DNA of 32,147 nucleotides, from the IMG/VR virus record IMGVR_UViG_2537562172_000009, positions 1 to 32,147 of that record; one strand, written 5' to 3'. Origin of the DNA: a virus (taxonomy: Duplodnaviria; Heunggongvirae; Uroviricota; Caudoviricetes). The translations under genes and the position numbers were made by a program. Of the stretch, positions 1-7,905 are shown in pieces (position 1 is the stretch's first letter; each line of letters starts with the position of its first letter). The notes under the pieces are model-generated. The model made no database searches. It worked only from the letters and a program-made list of their open reading frames with translations, and had not been told where the DNA came from.

Positions 1-23
1 AACACCAGCAAACAGATAAAAAA

Positions 24-45
24 GGGCCAGCCAATTGGCCAGCCC
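24..45. terminator. GC-rich dyad-symmetry hairpin, possible terminator downstream of int (read on the minus strand)
   Basis: GGGCCAGCC-AATT-GGCCAGCCC, an imperfect palindrome around a perfect GCCAATTGGC core; A-run immediately upstream on the + strand, which is a T-run after the hairpin on the - strand. About 125 nt beyond the int stop. Confidence 0.35.
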
Positions 46-171
46 TTCTTAACAGGATGTCGCTTAAGCGAAATCTTAGTTAAGACGCTCCTATTAACAC
101 CCCGCAACAAACAAACGCTTACCATATAAAACAATTAGTTAAAGTAATTTTTAATGCAATGAATTGCAGTG

Positions 172-1221
172 TTATGCAACCTCTGCCGCCATATTGTCGC
201 CAACATACAGCGATAACGGATTAAGGGTTACAGCTTGTTCAAGGTGGTCAGGAGCAAAGTGTGCATACTTCATTGTTTCTCGAATATTGGCATGCCCGAG
301 AATTTTCTGCAGTACCAGTATATTCCCGCCGTTCATCATAAAATGCGCACCAAAAGTATGACGCAAAACGTGCGTCTTCTGCCCTTCCGTCAATTCAATA
401 TTCGTTAGTTTGAGCATCTTCTTAAACTCCTGATAGCAGGGTTTAAACATTCTGCCTTGACGTACGGACAACTCGTCGTACAGCCATTTAGGAATAGGAA
501 CTGTGCGATTCTTCTTACCTTTGGTTTTGGTGAACGTCAGTTTATATGGAGAAAGTTGAGGGCGGGTCAATCTCTCCGCTTCCCCCCATCGAGCGCCGGT
601 TGCAAGGCACACCTTAACAATCATGGTGAGGTCTTCTTTGCCGTATTGCTCGCAGGCTCGAAACAGCTCCGGGAGCTGAGACAAAGTTAGCCAGGACATT
701 TCTTTCTCAGCCTCTTTGAATACTCGGATCCCATCAAGTGGATTGGGTAGGCTCCACTCCCCTAACCGGCGGAGCTCATTAAACACTGCTTCTAGGTATT
801 GTTGTTCGCGATTGACGGTTATAGGTTTGGCGATCCATTTCGAGGGGTCTTTATGATAACCGTTGTCTATTTCACCACGTAATCGACGGTCACGATAATG
901 AGCCCAGTCTTTCGCGGTAAGGCGAGATGCAATCGGGTCACCAAGCCCATTACATACGATTTGAAGCTTTGCTAACCTCGACTTACTGGCGACTAACGCT
1001 TGACCGTGCAAATTGTGCCAAAGCTGAATAATCTCGCTTAAGCGTCGGCGGTCTTCTTTCTTGCCAAGCCACGGCTTATCTTCACTCTCGCTTTTGGTAA
1101 ATGCTTCGAATGCCTCGGCCTCACCTTTGGTATTGAATTGCCGACGTATACGCCGCCCTTCTCGACCATTTGGATAGAGCTCGCATAACCATTTGCCATT
1201 TTTTTGCTTACTTACAGTCAT
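172..1221 (-). CDS. int: tyrosine-type site-specific integrase (P2/186 family)
   Basis: 349-aa ORF; ATG at 1219-1221 (minus); C-terminal catalytic region with R...HxxR...Y-type motifs (VLRHTFGAHF, KYAHF); sits at the prophage end downstream of the repressor, as in P2/186. Confidence 0.93.
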   Translation of the reverse strand: MTVSKQKNGKWLCELYPNGREGRRIRRQFNTKGEAEAFEAFTKSESEDKPWLGKKEDRRRLSEIIQLWHNLHGQALVASKSRLAKLQIVCNGLGDPIASRLTAKDWAHYRDRRLRGEIDNGYHKDPSKWIAKPITVNREQQYLEAVFNELRRLGEWSLPNPLDGIRVFKEAEKEMSWLTLSQLPELFRACEQYGKEDLTMIVKVCLATGARWGEAERLTRPQLSPYKLTFTKTKGKKNRTVPIPKWLYDELSVRQGRMFKPCYQEFKKMLKLTNIELTEGQKTHVLRHTFGAHFMMNGGNILVLQKILGHANIRETMKYAHFAPDHLEQAVTLNPLSLYVGDNMAAEVA

Positions 1222-1243
1222 AATGTCACCGAGGCAACTCTAA

Positions 1244-1582
1244 TTATTCGCAAAGTGCTGTTGCGGCATCCATTACAGGATCCAAAGGAATTTTTACACC
1301 TGCATACTCTGGACTGTCTTTCCAAACAGCATCAATATTGCTCCCCTCAAGCTTTCCAGACTTTACTCCATCAATAGCAAAACCATTTAATGGGTATCGG
1401 TCATCAGTTGCTTTGTCGTATACAAAGGCATACTTACCGTTAACGCAAGACACCGTAGCTTTTTCAAAAGTTAACGGCCAATCCTCACCAAACTTAGCGC
1501 CATCTAAATCCTGTGTTTTTTCAGCGGCTAAGGAGCCAAAAGAAAAGGTAAGAAGCATAGCTAAAAAGAGTTTACGTTTCAT
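1244..1582 (-). CDS. small secreted (periplasmic) protein of unknown function, moron inside the repressor-int operon
   Basis: ORF trimmed to the internal ATG (1580-1582) preceded by AAGGGA; the resulting 112-aa protein starts MKRKLFLAMLLTFSFGSLA-AEK, a classical Sec signal peptide with an A-x-A-like cleavage site and no lipobox Cys. Confidence 0.7.
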   Translation of the reverse strand: MKRKLFLAMLLTFSFGSLAAEKTQDLDGAKFGEDWPLTFEKATVSCVNGKYAFVYDKATDDRYPLNGFAIDGVKSGKLEGSNIDAVWKDSPEYAGVKIPLDPVMDAATALCE

Positions 1583-1590
1583 AATTTCCC

Positions 1591-2451
1591 TTATACGTGT
1601 TTTTCCAATGTGAAAACTACAACCCCGGCAGGCGTAATGTCGGTAATGTTGCATTCAAACTCAGCAGACTTATTTGACAACCTGACTTTTCCACCAGGTA
1701 AACGAATTACATCAAAAACATCAAGAGCGCCGTCGATATCAATTAACCAGCGACCATTACTTATATTCGAAGCAGAACAGTCGACAAGCCAAGAGGCAGC
1801 TACACCGTCAACAAAAATCAATTCCCCTGAGTTAGAAGGAATCATTGAGGGGTCAGGATGCCACGTTCCTGCATCCTTAAGCTCACCAGATTCAAGACGA
1901 GATTTTTTAATAGAAAAACCAGATGTGACATCTTCCCTGTTAGCTCGCATTTGCCCCTTGCCTGTTGCTAACCATTCCAGTGACGTATCGGTATCAAGAG
2001 CGCATGTAACAACAACATCACCAGGGAAAAAATCTCGCCTTACCCATGTGCTAATTGTGCCAGAGGAAATGCCGAGCAAATCACCGAGCTCCTTTTGCAT
2101 GGTAAAGCCATACGCATCAAGAATCCTACGCAAAACGGTTTTACCACCATTCGTCATAATCTCGTCATAAAGCTCTTTGCCTTTTAACTTGCAACTGGCT
2201 CGCTCGTGATTTGCATTTGCAAGCTCTCCATTTACAAGCCAATTGATATCAGCTCCCGTGTCAAGACAACACCTAACTATGACATTGCCAGGTATTGCAT
2301 CACGCTGAACCCAGCCGCTAACGCTGTGTTTAGCGATACCTAGCAGGTCAGCCAAATCCTTTTGCATCTTGACCCCATAGGCTGACATTAAGCGTTCCAA
2401 TACGCCGTTCGTTGCACTAACACGCCACTGAACATCAAGCTCAGAACTCAT
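1591..2451 (-). CDS. immunity repressor, 186 CI-like, with tandemly duplicated N-terminal HTH domain
   Basis: 286 aa. Two homologous about 65-aa segments (LERLMSAYGVKMQKDLADLLGIAKHSVSGWVQRDAIPGNVIVRCCLDTGADINWLVNGE and LRRILDAYGFTMQKELGDLLGISSGTISTWVRRDFFPGDVVVTCALDTDTSLEWLATGK) resembling the phage 186 CI-type HTH domain, followed by an about 115-aa C-terminal domain. Divergent from the Cox/Apl-like gene and upstream of int. Confidence 0.8.
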   Translation of the reverse strand: MSSELDVQWRVSATNGVLERLMSAYGVKMQKDLADLLGIAKHSVSGWVQRDAIPGNVIVRCCLDTGADINWLVNGELANANHERASCKLKGKELYDEIMTNGGKTVLRRILDAYGFTMQKELGDLLGISSGTISTWVRRDFFPGDVVVTCALDTDTSLEWLATGKGQMRANREDVTSGFSIKKSRLESGELKDAGTWHPDPSMIPSNSGELIFVDGVAASWLVDCSASNISNGRWLIDIDGALDVFDVIRLPGGKVRLSNKSAEFECNITDITPAGVVVFTLEKHV

Positions 2452-2480
2452 AAAACCCCCTACAGATAATTTTATGGGTG

Positions 2481-2509
2481 TTTACAGAAAACTTTTTACG
2501 ATCTATAGT
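2481..2509 (+). promoter_or_regulatory. candidate early lytic promoter (Pe/pR equivalent)
   Basis: TTTACA, 17-nt spacer, TATAGT on the + strand, about 60 nt upstream of the Cox/Apl-like start and inside the repressor/cox intergenic region. Confidence 0.6.
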
Positions 2510-2562
2510 GGCATTCATCGACCAAGATGCACACCACTGCACTACATTTCAAACAACAGGAG

Positions 2563-2591
2563 ATAATGCGATATGTCAGATGCAAAATCAA
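2563..2591 (-). promoter_or_regulatory. candidate lysogenic promoter (Pc/pL equivalent), face-to-face with the early promoter
   Basis: On the minus strand TTGATT, 17-nt spacer, CATTAT; predicted leftward start about 40 nt right of the predicted rightward start, giving convergent overlapping transcripts as described for the P2 and 186 switches. Confidence 0.35.
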
Positions 2592-2944
2592 TCTCGACGC
2601 ACGACTCGCAAAACTCACAAAATCAAACTGTGCTGCTAGATCCAACACAGTTTGATGCCATCGTTACCGCCATGCTGCCAGCTCTACAGACAATGATTCG
2701 CTCCGCTATGTCAGACACGATGACTGTGAAAGACTTCGCCGCTACTCGCGGTGTTAGCGAGCGTCTGGTCTGGCAATGGCTCGATGAGGGAGTCCTTCTC
2801 AAAGCTCCGACCAAAGACTTTTCCAACAAAGAGGAAGCTGCTAAACGAAGCCGAACCCTCGTAAACGTAAAAGCATGGCGCGATAAGCTGACTCAACAAG
2901 CGATTGATTGTCGCTACATCGACCAGCGCACCGCTCTTAACTGA
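2573..2944 (+). CDS. Cox/Apl-like excisionase-type HTH regulator
   Basis: 123 aa; SD CAGGAG about 10 nt upstream of the ATG; HTH-like segment MTVKDFAATRGVSERLVWQWLDEG; first rightward gene of the switch. The N-terminal 50 aa may not be translated if an internal Met is the real start. Confidence 0.65.
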   Translation: MSDAKSISTHDSQNSQNQTVLLDPTQFDAIVTAMLPALQTMIRSAMSDTMTVKDFAATRGVSERLVWQWLDEGVLLKAPTKDFSNKEEAAKRSRTLVNVKAWRDKLTQQAIDCRYIDQRTALN

Positions 2945-2976
2945 ATTTGATTATGCAAGTTAGAGGGAATTTAACC

Positions 2977-3486
2977 ATGTTTGATTTTCAGGTTTCCAAA
3001 CATCCCCACTATGACGAAGCATGCCGCATTTTCGCACAGCGTCACAACATGGCGAAGCTGGCCGAGCGTGCAGGTATGAACGTTCAAACGTTACGTAACA
3101 AGCTCAACCCGGAACAGCCTCACCAGTTCACGCCGTCTGAATTGTGGCTGCTGACTGACCTGACCGAAGACTCAACCCTCATTGATGGTTTTTTAGCGCA
3201 GATTCACTGCCTACCATGCGTGCCGGTTAATGAGTTGGCTAAAGACAAATTGCAGTCTTATGTCATGCGCGCAATGCGTGAACTCGGCGAACTGGCGAGC
3301 GGCGCGGTATCTGATGAACGTCTGACCATTGCCCGTAAGCACAACATGATTGAAAGCGTTAACTCCGGCATTCGCATGTTGTCATTGTCGGCTCTGGCGC
3401 TGCATGCACGTCTGCAGACTAATCCAGCTATGTCGAGCGTGGTCGATACCATGAGCGGTATTGGCGCATCGTTTGGCCTGATTTGA
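2977..3486 (+). CDS. cII: 186 CII-like transcriptional regulator
   Basis: ATG at 2977 preceded by AGAGGGA (8-nt spacing); 169 aa, same length as 186 CII as I recall it; HTH MAKLAERAGMNVQTLRNKL; position directly after apl/cox as in 186. The ORF-track start at 2947 is a TTG without SD. Confidence 0.7.
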   Translation: MFDFQVSKHPHYDEACRIFAQRHNMAKLAERAGMNVQTLRNKLNPEQPHQFTPSELWLLTDLTEDSTLIDGFLAQIHCLPCVPVNELAKDKLQSYVMRAMRELGELASGAVSDERLTIARKHNMIESVNSGIRMLSLSALALHARLQTNPAMSSVVDTMSGIGASFGLI

Positions 3487-3493
3487 GGTGCGT

Positions 3494-3694
3494 ATGCTGA
3501 AAAGTGAACCGTCATTCGCATCTCTGCTCGTTAAGCAAAGCCCCGGCATGCACTACGGCCACGGCTGGATCGCAGGTAAGGACGGCAAGCGCTGGCACCC
3601 GAGCCACTCGCAGGCTGATTTACTTGCTGGCCTCTCTACTCAAAAGCGGGGGGGATCATGGCTATCGAAGCTGTTTCCGCGACTGTTCCGCTAA
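3494..3694 (+). CDS. hypothetical small early protein
   Basis: 66 aa from the ATG at 3494, with GAGG about 5 nt upstream; abuts the cII stop; basic and Trp/His-rich. Occupies the slot of 186 fil, but homology cannot be asserted. Confidence 0.45.
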   Translation: MLKSEPSFASLLVKQSPGMHYGHGWIAGKDGKRWHPSHSQADLLAGLSTQKRGGSWLSKLFPRLFR

Positions 3695-3996
3695 AAGCGG
3701 GTGAACGTCTGGCCGGTCTCAATCATGTTGCCGAATTGCGCGCGAGATATTGGGGCGATAGCTGGAAAGAGGTTGAACGTTTTGTCGATGATATGCGCGA
3801 TAAACGTGACCCACAATTTGAAGAAAATAATCGGGCGCTGGCCGCTATTTTCTTTCTGGCAAAAATACCGGCGGCTCGTCATGAACTCGAATTAAGTGAG
3901 CTGACTACTGACGAGAAAAAGGCGCTTATTACAGCGATGAATCATTTTCGTGCAGTAGTGAGCTTATTTCCCAAACGGCTAACCATGCCGAATTAA
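3658..3996 (+). CDS. hypothetical early protein
   Basis: 112-aa ORF; ATG preceded by GGGGGA; overlaps the preceding ORF by 37 nt. Confidence 0.5.
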   Translation: MAIEAVSATVPLKAGERLAGLNHVAELRARYWGDSWKEVERFVDDMRDKRDPQFEENNRALAAIFFLAKIPAARHELELSELTTDEKKALITAMNHFRAVVSLFPKRLTMPN

Positions 3997-4063
3997 TCCA
4001 AACAGAAATTTAATGGCGTAAACCCGCCGGGCATCTTATTGCCCGAAATCAGGAGAGTTAATT

Positions 4064-4291
4064 ATGCGTAATACCGAAATCCGTAGTTTTAACACTGATA
4101 GCGATGCGCTGGCCGTATTGCTGACCGATGCAAAAAAAGAAGAGCGTAAAGACCGCGCGCTCGCTGTTTCCATCCGCCTTGAGGCGCTGGCTATCCATAT
4201 TACCAGAGAGGGAATGAGCGGCACCGAAGCTGCCGAACTGCTGCGCCGTGAAGCAACCCGCTTTGAGAATGAATCACAGGAGCTGCACTAA
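4064..4291 (+). CDS. hypothetical early protein
   Basis: 75-aa ORF with SD CAGGAGAG upstream of the ATG; stop overlaps the next start (TAATG). Confidence 0.5.
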   Translation: MRNTEIRSFNTDSDALAVLLTDAKKEERKDRALAVSIRLEALAIHITREGMSGTEAAELLRREATRFENESQELH

Positions 4292-4512
4292 TGGCCGACG
4301 CAATGGATTTAGCACAACTGCGCGAGCAGGAAGACCGCGAACGCCACATCAGCAACGCACGCACCCGTATCGCTGCACCTTCCCGTTTTCTTTGCGAGGA
4401 ATGTGACGCACCAATCCCGGAAGCTCGCCGCATTGCGATTCCGGGCGTGGCTTTTTGCGTAACCTGCCAGCAAATCGCAGAGCTAAAAAACAAACACTAT
4501 CGGGGGGTATAA
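4291..4512 (+). CDS. TraR/DksA-family C4 zinc-finger protein
   Basis: 73 aa with CEEC-x17-CVTC (FLCEECDAPIPEARRIAIPGVAFCVTCQ), the signature spacing of TraR/DksA-type zinc fingers; tightly packed in the early operon. Confidence 0.7.
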   Translation: MADAMDLAQLREQEDRERHISNARTRIAAPSRFLCEECDAPIPEARRIAIPGVAFCVTCQQIAELKNKHYRGV

Positions 4513-4513
4513 A

Positions 4514-6736
4514 TTGGCTGTTCAATTCGCTTATCCGTGGAACGTCCCACGGTCGGCAATCTCCAGCCCATACCTTACTTATGAGCAACAGCATCGCCGC
4601 GACCGTATGTTCGCGGCTTTGCTGCATGCAAAAAAGGTGCTTTCTCTCCAGCCCGACTGCGTGCGGTTAGATGTTTATCGCACTGCTGCGGTGCTGGAGC
4701 AAAATCAGGGTAGTCAACGAGCCAATGCATTTTTAATCAGCTTCTGCAAAAAGGCATTGCCGCGTCTTGAACTGGTCGCAAAAAAATACGAATGCGCTGG
4801 TATCAACAGCAAGGTATCAACCGCTGTTTTTGGAAGTCATTTTGATACTCAGCAAATGCAATATCTGTCGTCACGCATGGTTAATATGGTCGCCCGATAT
4901 AACCGTCTCCCGGACATGTCGCGCGCTGATGTTGACCTGTTGGCCGCTGATATTGCTAATTTCATTCGTGGTGAACTTGCCAACATTAATGACCACGGAT
5001 TCGGCGAGCTTAAAACGCTGTACACCTGGTATATTCGTGCTGGCTTTATTTCCCTCCAATTCAACGTTATCCCACCACATTGGGAGCGGGTTGAAAAAAA
5101 ATATGTCGGTGCGGATGAAATCGCACCGGCTATCGCCAAAATGTTTAACGATGGGTGGTGGCGCGGTCGTTTGCGCCGTGTAGCAGCTACGTGGCGCGAA
5201 CACCTGCAAATTGCAGTCGGCAACGTCAGTAAGAAAAAAAACACTTACGCGAGTAAAAACTGCGTGACTGACTGGCGTGAACAAAAGCGCCGCACTCGTG
5301 AATTTCTCAAAGGTCTGGATCTCGAAGACGAAGACGGCAACCGTATCAGCCTAATTGAAAAATATGATGGCTCAGTTGCTAACCCTGCGATTCGCCGCTG
5401 TGAGCTCATGACCCGCATTCGTGGGTTTGAAAACATCTGTAATGAGCTCGGTTATGTCGGTGAGTTTTACACTCTAACCGCGCCGTCAAAATATCACGCC
5501 ACGACTAAAGCCGGTTACCGTAACAGCAAATGGAGCGGTGCCAGCCCGGCTGACACGCAAAACTATCTAACCGGTATCTGGGCGCGTATCCGTGCCAAAC
5601 TACATCGGGAAGATGTCCGTATTTTCGGTATTCGTGTCGCCGAGCCCCATCACGACGGCACTCCACACTGGCACATGCTGATGTTCATGCTGCCGGAAGA
5701 TGTTGAATATGTTCGCTCCATCGTCCGTAAATACGCATGGAAAGAAGACCGCCACGAACTGAAAAGCGATAAATCCAAAAAAGCACGTTTCCACGCGGAG
5801 TCCATTGACCCGGAGAAAGGCAGCGCAACCGGCTATGTTGCTAAATACATTTCAAAAAATATCGACGGTTATGCTCTCGATGGTGAAACCGATGATGAAA
5901 GCGGTGAGCTGCTGAAAGAGACAGCCCCCGCCGTTTCAGCATGGGCTGCGCGCTGGCACATCCGTCAGTTTCAGTTTATTGGTGGTGCGCCGGTGACGGT
6001 TTACCGTGAGTTGCGTCGCCTCGCTGATACCGAAACCGCGCACGGTCTGAGCGTTGAGTTTGCCGCCGTCCATGATGCCGCCGACGCTGGTGACTGGGCT
6101 GGTTATGTTAATGCTCAGGGTGGGCCGTTTGTCCGTCGCGATGATTTACAGGTGCGCACACTGTATGAACCGCGTACCGAGCTTAATCAGTACGGTGAGG
6201 AAACGGTATGTATTAAGGGGGTCTACGATTCCTCCATAGGTGCAGGAAGCCCGATTTTAACCCGGCTCACTCAGTGGAAGATTGTTCCGAAGCGTGCTGT
6301 TGATTTGGCCGTTGACCTTCAGGACGGCAAAGCCGTCCCTCGGAGTTCTGTCAATAACTGTACGGGAAGCGAAAACGAGCCACCGGAACTTGATTTATCA
6401 AAACCGCTGAGTCGACGTGAAAAGCGAGAGCTGACAAATCGACTCAGGAAGAAAAAACCAGCGACAAGGCAAAAATTCACACACGGAAGGGATGAACAAA
6501 ACGACTCTATAGAAAGAACCATCGACGAAATACACCTGACCACTGGCGTAACGATAAGCCGGGGTGAAGCCCTGCACCTAATGGCGGGTGGCAAATGCTG
6601 CTTTGAAGGGAAATGGCTTAGAGGAACAGCCAATGGTGAGCTATTTAGAGCCGCGCAGCCTTACTCCGCCAAAGCTAAGAATATCCTTAAGCGAGTTGCA
6701 AAACTGGCAGAAACGGCAAAATTACCACGTGATTAA
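4514..6736 (+). CDS. A: replication initiation endonuclease (P2 gpA / 186 RepA family, HUH rolling-circle initiator)
   Basis: 740 aa; HUH-type metal-binding motif GTPHWHMLMF and active-site tyrosine motif ATGYVAKYISKN; follows the small early ORFs as in P2. Start as given is a TTG (4514) one codon after the upstream stop, with a G-run SD; the next in-frame ATG is 31 codons downstream. Confidence 0.88.
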   Translation: MAVQFAYPWNVPRSAISSPYLTYEQQHRRDRMFAALLHAKKVLSLQPDCVRLDVYRTAAVLEQNQGSQRANAFLISFCKKALPRLELVAKKYECAGINSKVSTAVFGSHFDTQQMQYLSSRMVNMVARYNRLPDMSRADVDLLAADIANFIRGELANINDHGFGELKTLYTWYIRAGFISLQFNVIPPHWERVEKKYVGADEIAPAIAKMFNDGWWRGRLRRVAATWREHLQIAVGNVSKKKNTYASKNCVTDWREQKRRTREFLKGLDLEDEDGNRISLIEKYDGSVANPAIRRCELMTRIRGFENICNELGYVGEFYTLTAPSKYHATTKAGYRNSKWSGASPADTQNYLTGIWARIRAKLHREDVRIFGIRVAEPHHDGTPHWHMLMFMLPEDVEYVRSIVRKYAWKEDRHELKSDKSKKARFHAESIDPEKGSATGYVAKYISKNIDGYALDGETDDESGELLKETAPAVSAWAARWHIRQFQFIGGAPVTVYRELRRLADTETAHGLSVEFAAVHDAADAGDWAGYVNAQGGPFVRRDDLQVRTLYEPRTELNQYGEETVCIKGVYDSSIGAGSPILTRLTQWKIVPKRAVDLAVDLQDGKAVPRSSVNNCTGSENEPPELDLSKPLSRREKRELTNRLRKKKPATRQKFTHGRDEQNDSIERTIDEIHLTTGVTISRGEALHLMAGGKCCFEGKWLRGTANGELFRAAQPYSAKAKNILKRVAKLAETAKLPRD

Positions 6737-6850
6737 TTTGTCTCTATATCATGAACATACATCACAAAACTGATCTTCATTTTTTCTTCCCATCTTTTGC
6801 CATTACGTGCTACTGTATAAACATACAGTATTTTTATTGGGAGGGATTTC

Positions 6851-7033
6851 ATGGTTGGGGAGCATTTCAGCCGGGCGCAGCAAAAGTGGGCTTGTGTGCA
6901 ATTCATCGCCGAGGTATCTCTGATTGCAAACTGCAAACCATCAGACCTAAAGCTTGCTCTGACTCTCATTGCTGACTTAGCAAATAGTGAAAATAATGAA
7001 ACCGAAGAAGGCATGTTTTATGAGGCTGAGTAG
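6851..7033 (+). CDS. small acidic hypothetical protein
   Basis: 60-aa ORF; strong SD GGGAGGGA 5-8 nt before the ATG; acidic C-terminus (SENNETEEGMFYEAE); internal repeat FIAEVSLIAN / LTLIADLAN; stop overlaps a perfect palindrome. Confidence 0.4.
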   Translation: MVGEHFSRAQQKWACVQFIAEVSLIANCKPSDLKLALTLIADLANSENNETEEGMFYEAE

Positions 7034-7053
7034 GTTATGTAACTAACCTACTC
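7028..7053. repeat. perfect 10-bp inverted repeat with 6-nt spacer
   Basis: GAGTAGGTTA-TGTAAC-TAACCTACTC; overlaps the stop of the small ORF; not followed by a T-run. Confidence 0.6.
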
Positions 7054-7067
7054 TGAAAAAACAATCA

Positions 7068-7094
7068 AACCGGCACCATGATTGCCGGTTTTTT
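7068..7094 (+). terminator. rho-independent terminator ending the early/replication transcript
   Basis: AACCGGCA-CCATGAT-TGCCGGTT followed by TTTT(ATGTGT): GC-rich core stem, 7-nt loop, U-run. Confidence 0.65.
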
Positions 7095-7194
7095 ATGTGT
7101 TCTATCAAAAGGATGGGGTCTGACATTCTCATCATCAGAATTGTGTTATTTTAGTGCAACTCATTCGTCGTTAGACATTGTAAGGGCAATGTAT

Positions 7195-7905
7195 ATGAAA
7201 CCAAGCACACACTGCGTTTATTGTGGTGTTCTCATGAACAGGATTGAAAATCACCCCCACTGCCGCTCAGTTGAACACATGATCCCGCAAGTTTCAGTCT
7301 CCATTCATAGAACCAACGGCGAAGGCGATTTCCATGTATGCAAAAAGTGCAATGCCGATAAAAGCCGAATTGACGAGGTATTGGGTGTCATTTGCCGCAT
7401 GGTTGGTGAGCACTCAACAGGCAGTTTCGATGCTATCAATAAATTCAAAAATGCTCTTAAAAGAAATGATTCAAAATTCCGCGAGGCATTCCAAAGTGTT
7501 AAACATACAGGAAGAGGTGCGCAGATAACCTTACCCCTTGAAGGCAAAGAGATTTATCGATATGGCTCGTGGTTAGCAAAGGGCGTCTTTTTCTTAGAGT
7601 ATGAGCAGTTGTTGCCGCCAGATAAATTAATCTGGGTAAATATCGTTCGCCATGATGAAGTAATGGCTATTAGAGACATGTATAGAAATCAGCGTGGTTC
7701 TGAAGCTTTTGAGGACTTGTCCAAAAACAGCAATGTGCCAAACATTAACGGGGAATCTTTCCTGATTGTTGGCCGTGAAGCTAAGGAAATGTTCATATGT
7801 TTCAATCGCGTAATGATGTTCCATATAAAAATATTAGATAAGTCATTCATTAATCAAAAAAAATGCAAAAAATCACTACTTATGCTTGATAAGAGAATTC
7901 GATAA
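7195..7905 (+). CDS. HNH-motif nuclease-domain protein with uncharacterised C-terminal domain (accessory)
   Basis: 236 aa from the ATG at 7195 (SD TAAGGG 8 nt upstream; the ORF-track start at 7078 lies inside the terminator loop). N-terminus carries CxxC (CVYCG), EH (SVEHMIPQ) and H-x-CxxC-N (HVCKKCNADK), the HNH/zinc-finger nuclease arrangement. AT-rich. Confidence 0.65.
   Translation: MKPSTHCVYCGVLMNRIENHPHCRSVEHMIPQVSVSIHRTNGEGDFHVCKKCNADKSRIDEVLGVICRMVGEHSTGSFDAINKFKNALKRNDSKFREAFQSVKHTGRGAQITLPLEGKEIYRYGSWLAKGVFFLEYEQLLPPDKLIWVNIVRHDEVMAIRDMYRNQRGSEAFEDLSKNSNVPNINGESFLIVGREAKEMFICFNRVMMFHIKILDKSFINQKKCKKSLLMLDKRIR

Noticed and set aside
1-171. attL core and integration target
   Set aside because: The matching attR lies beyond the right end of the window (past D and ogr), so no direct repeat can be identified; no tRNA-like sequence is evident in these 171 nt.
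6733-7014. 93-aa minus-strand ORF overlapping the A stop and the small acidic ORF
   Set aside because: No SD, overlaps the 3' end of A antisense, and the + strand ORF in the same interval has a much stronger translation signal.
7078-7194. N-terminal extension of the HNH ORF as given in the ORF track (ATG at 7078)
   Set aside because: That ATG sits in the loop of the terminator hairpin and has no SD; the in-frame ATG at 7195 has TAAGGG at the right spacing.
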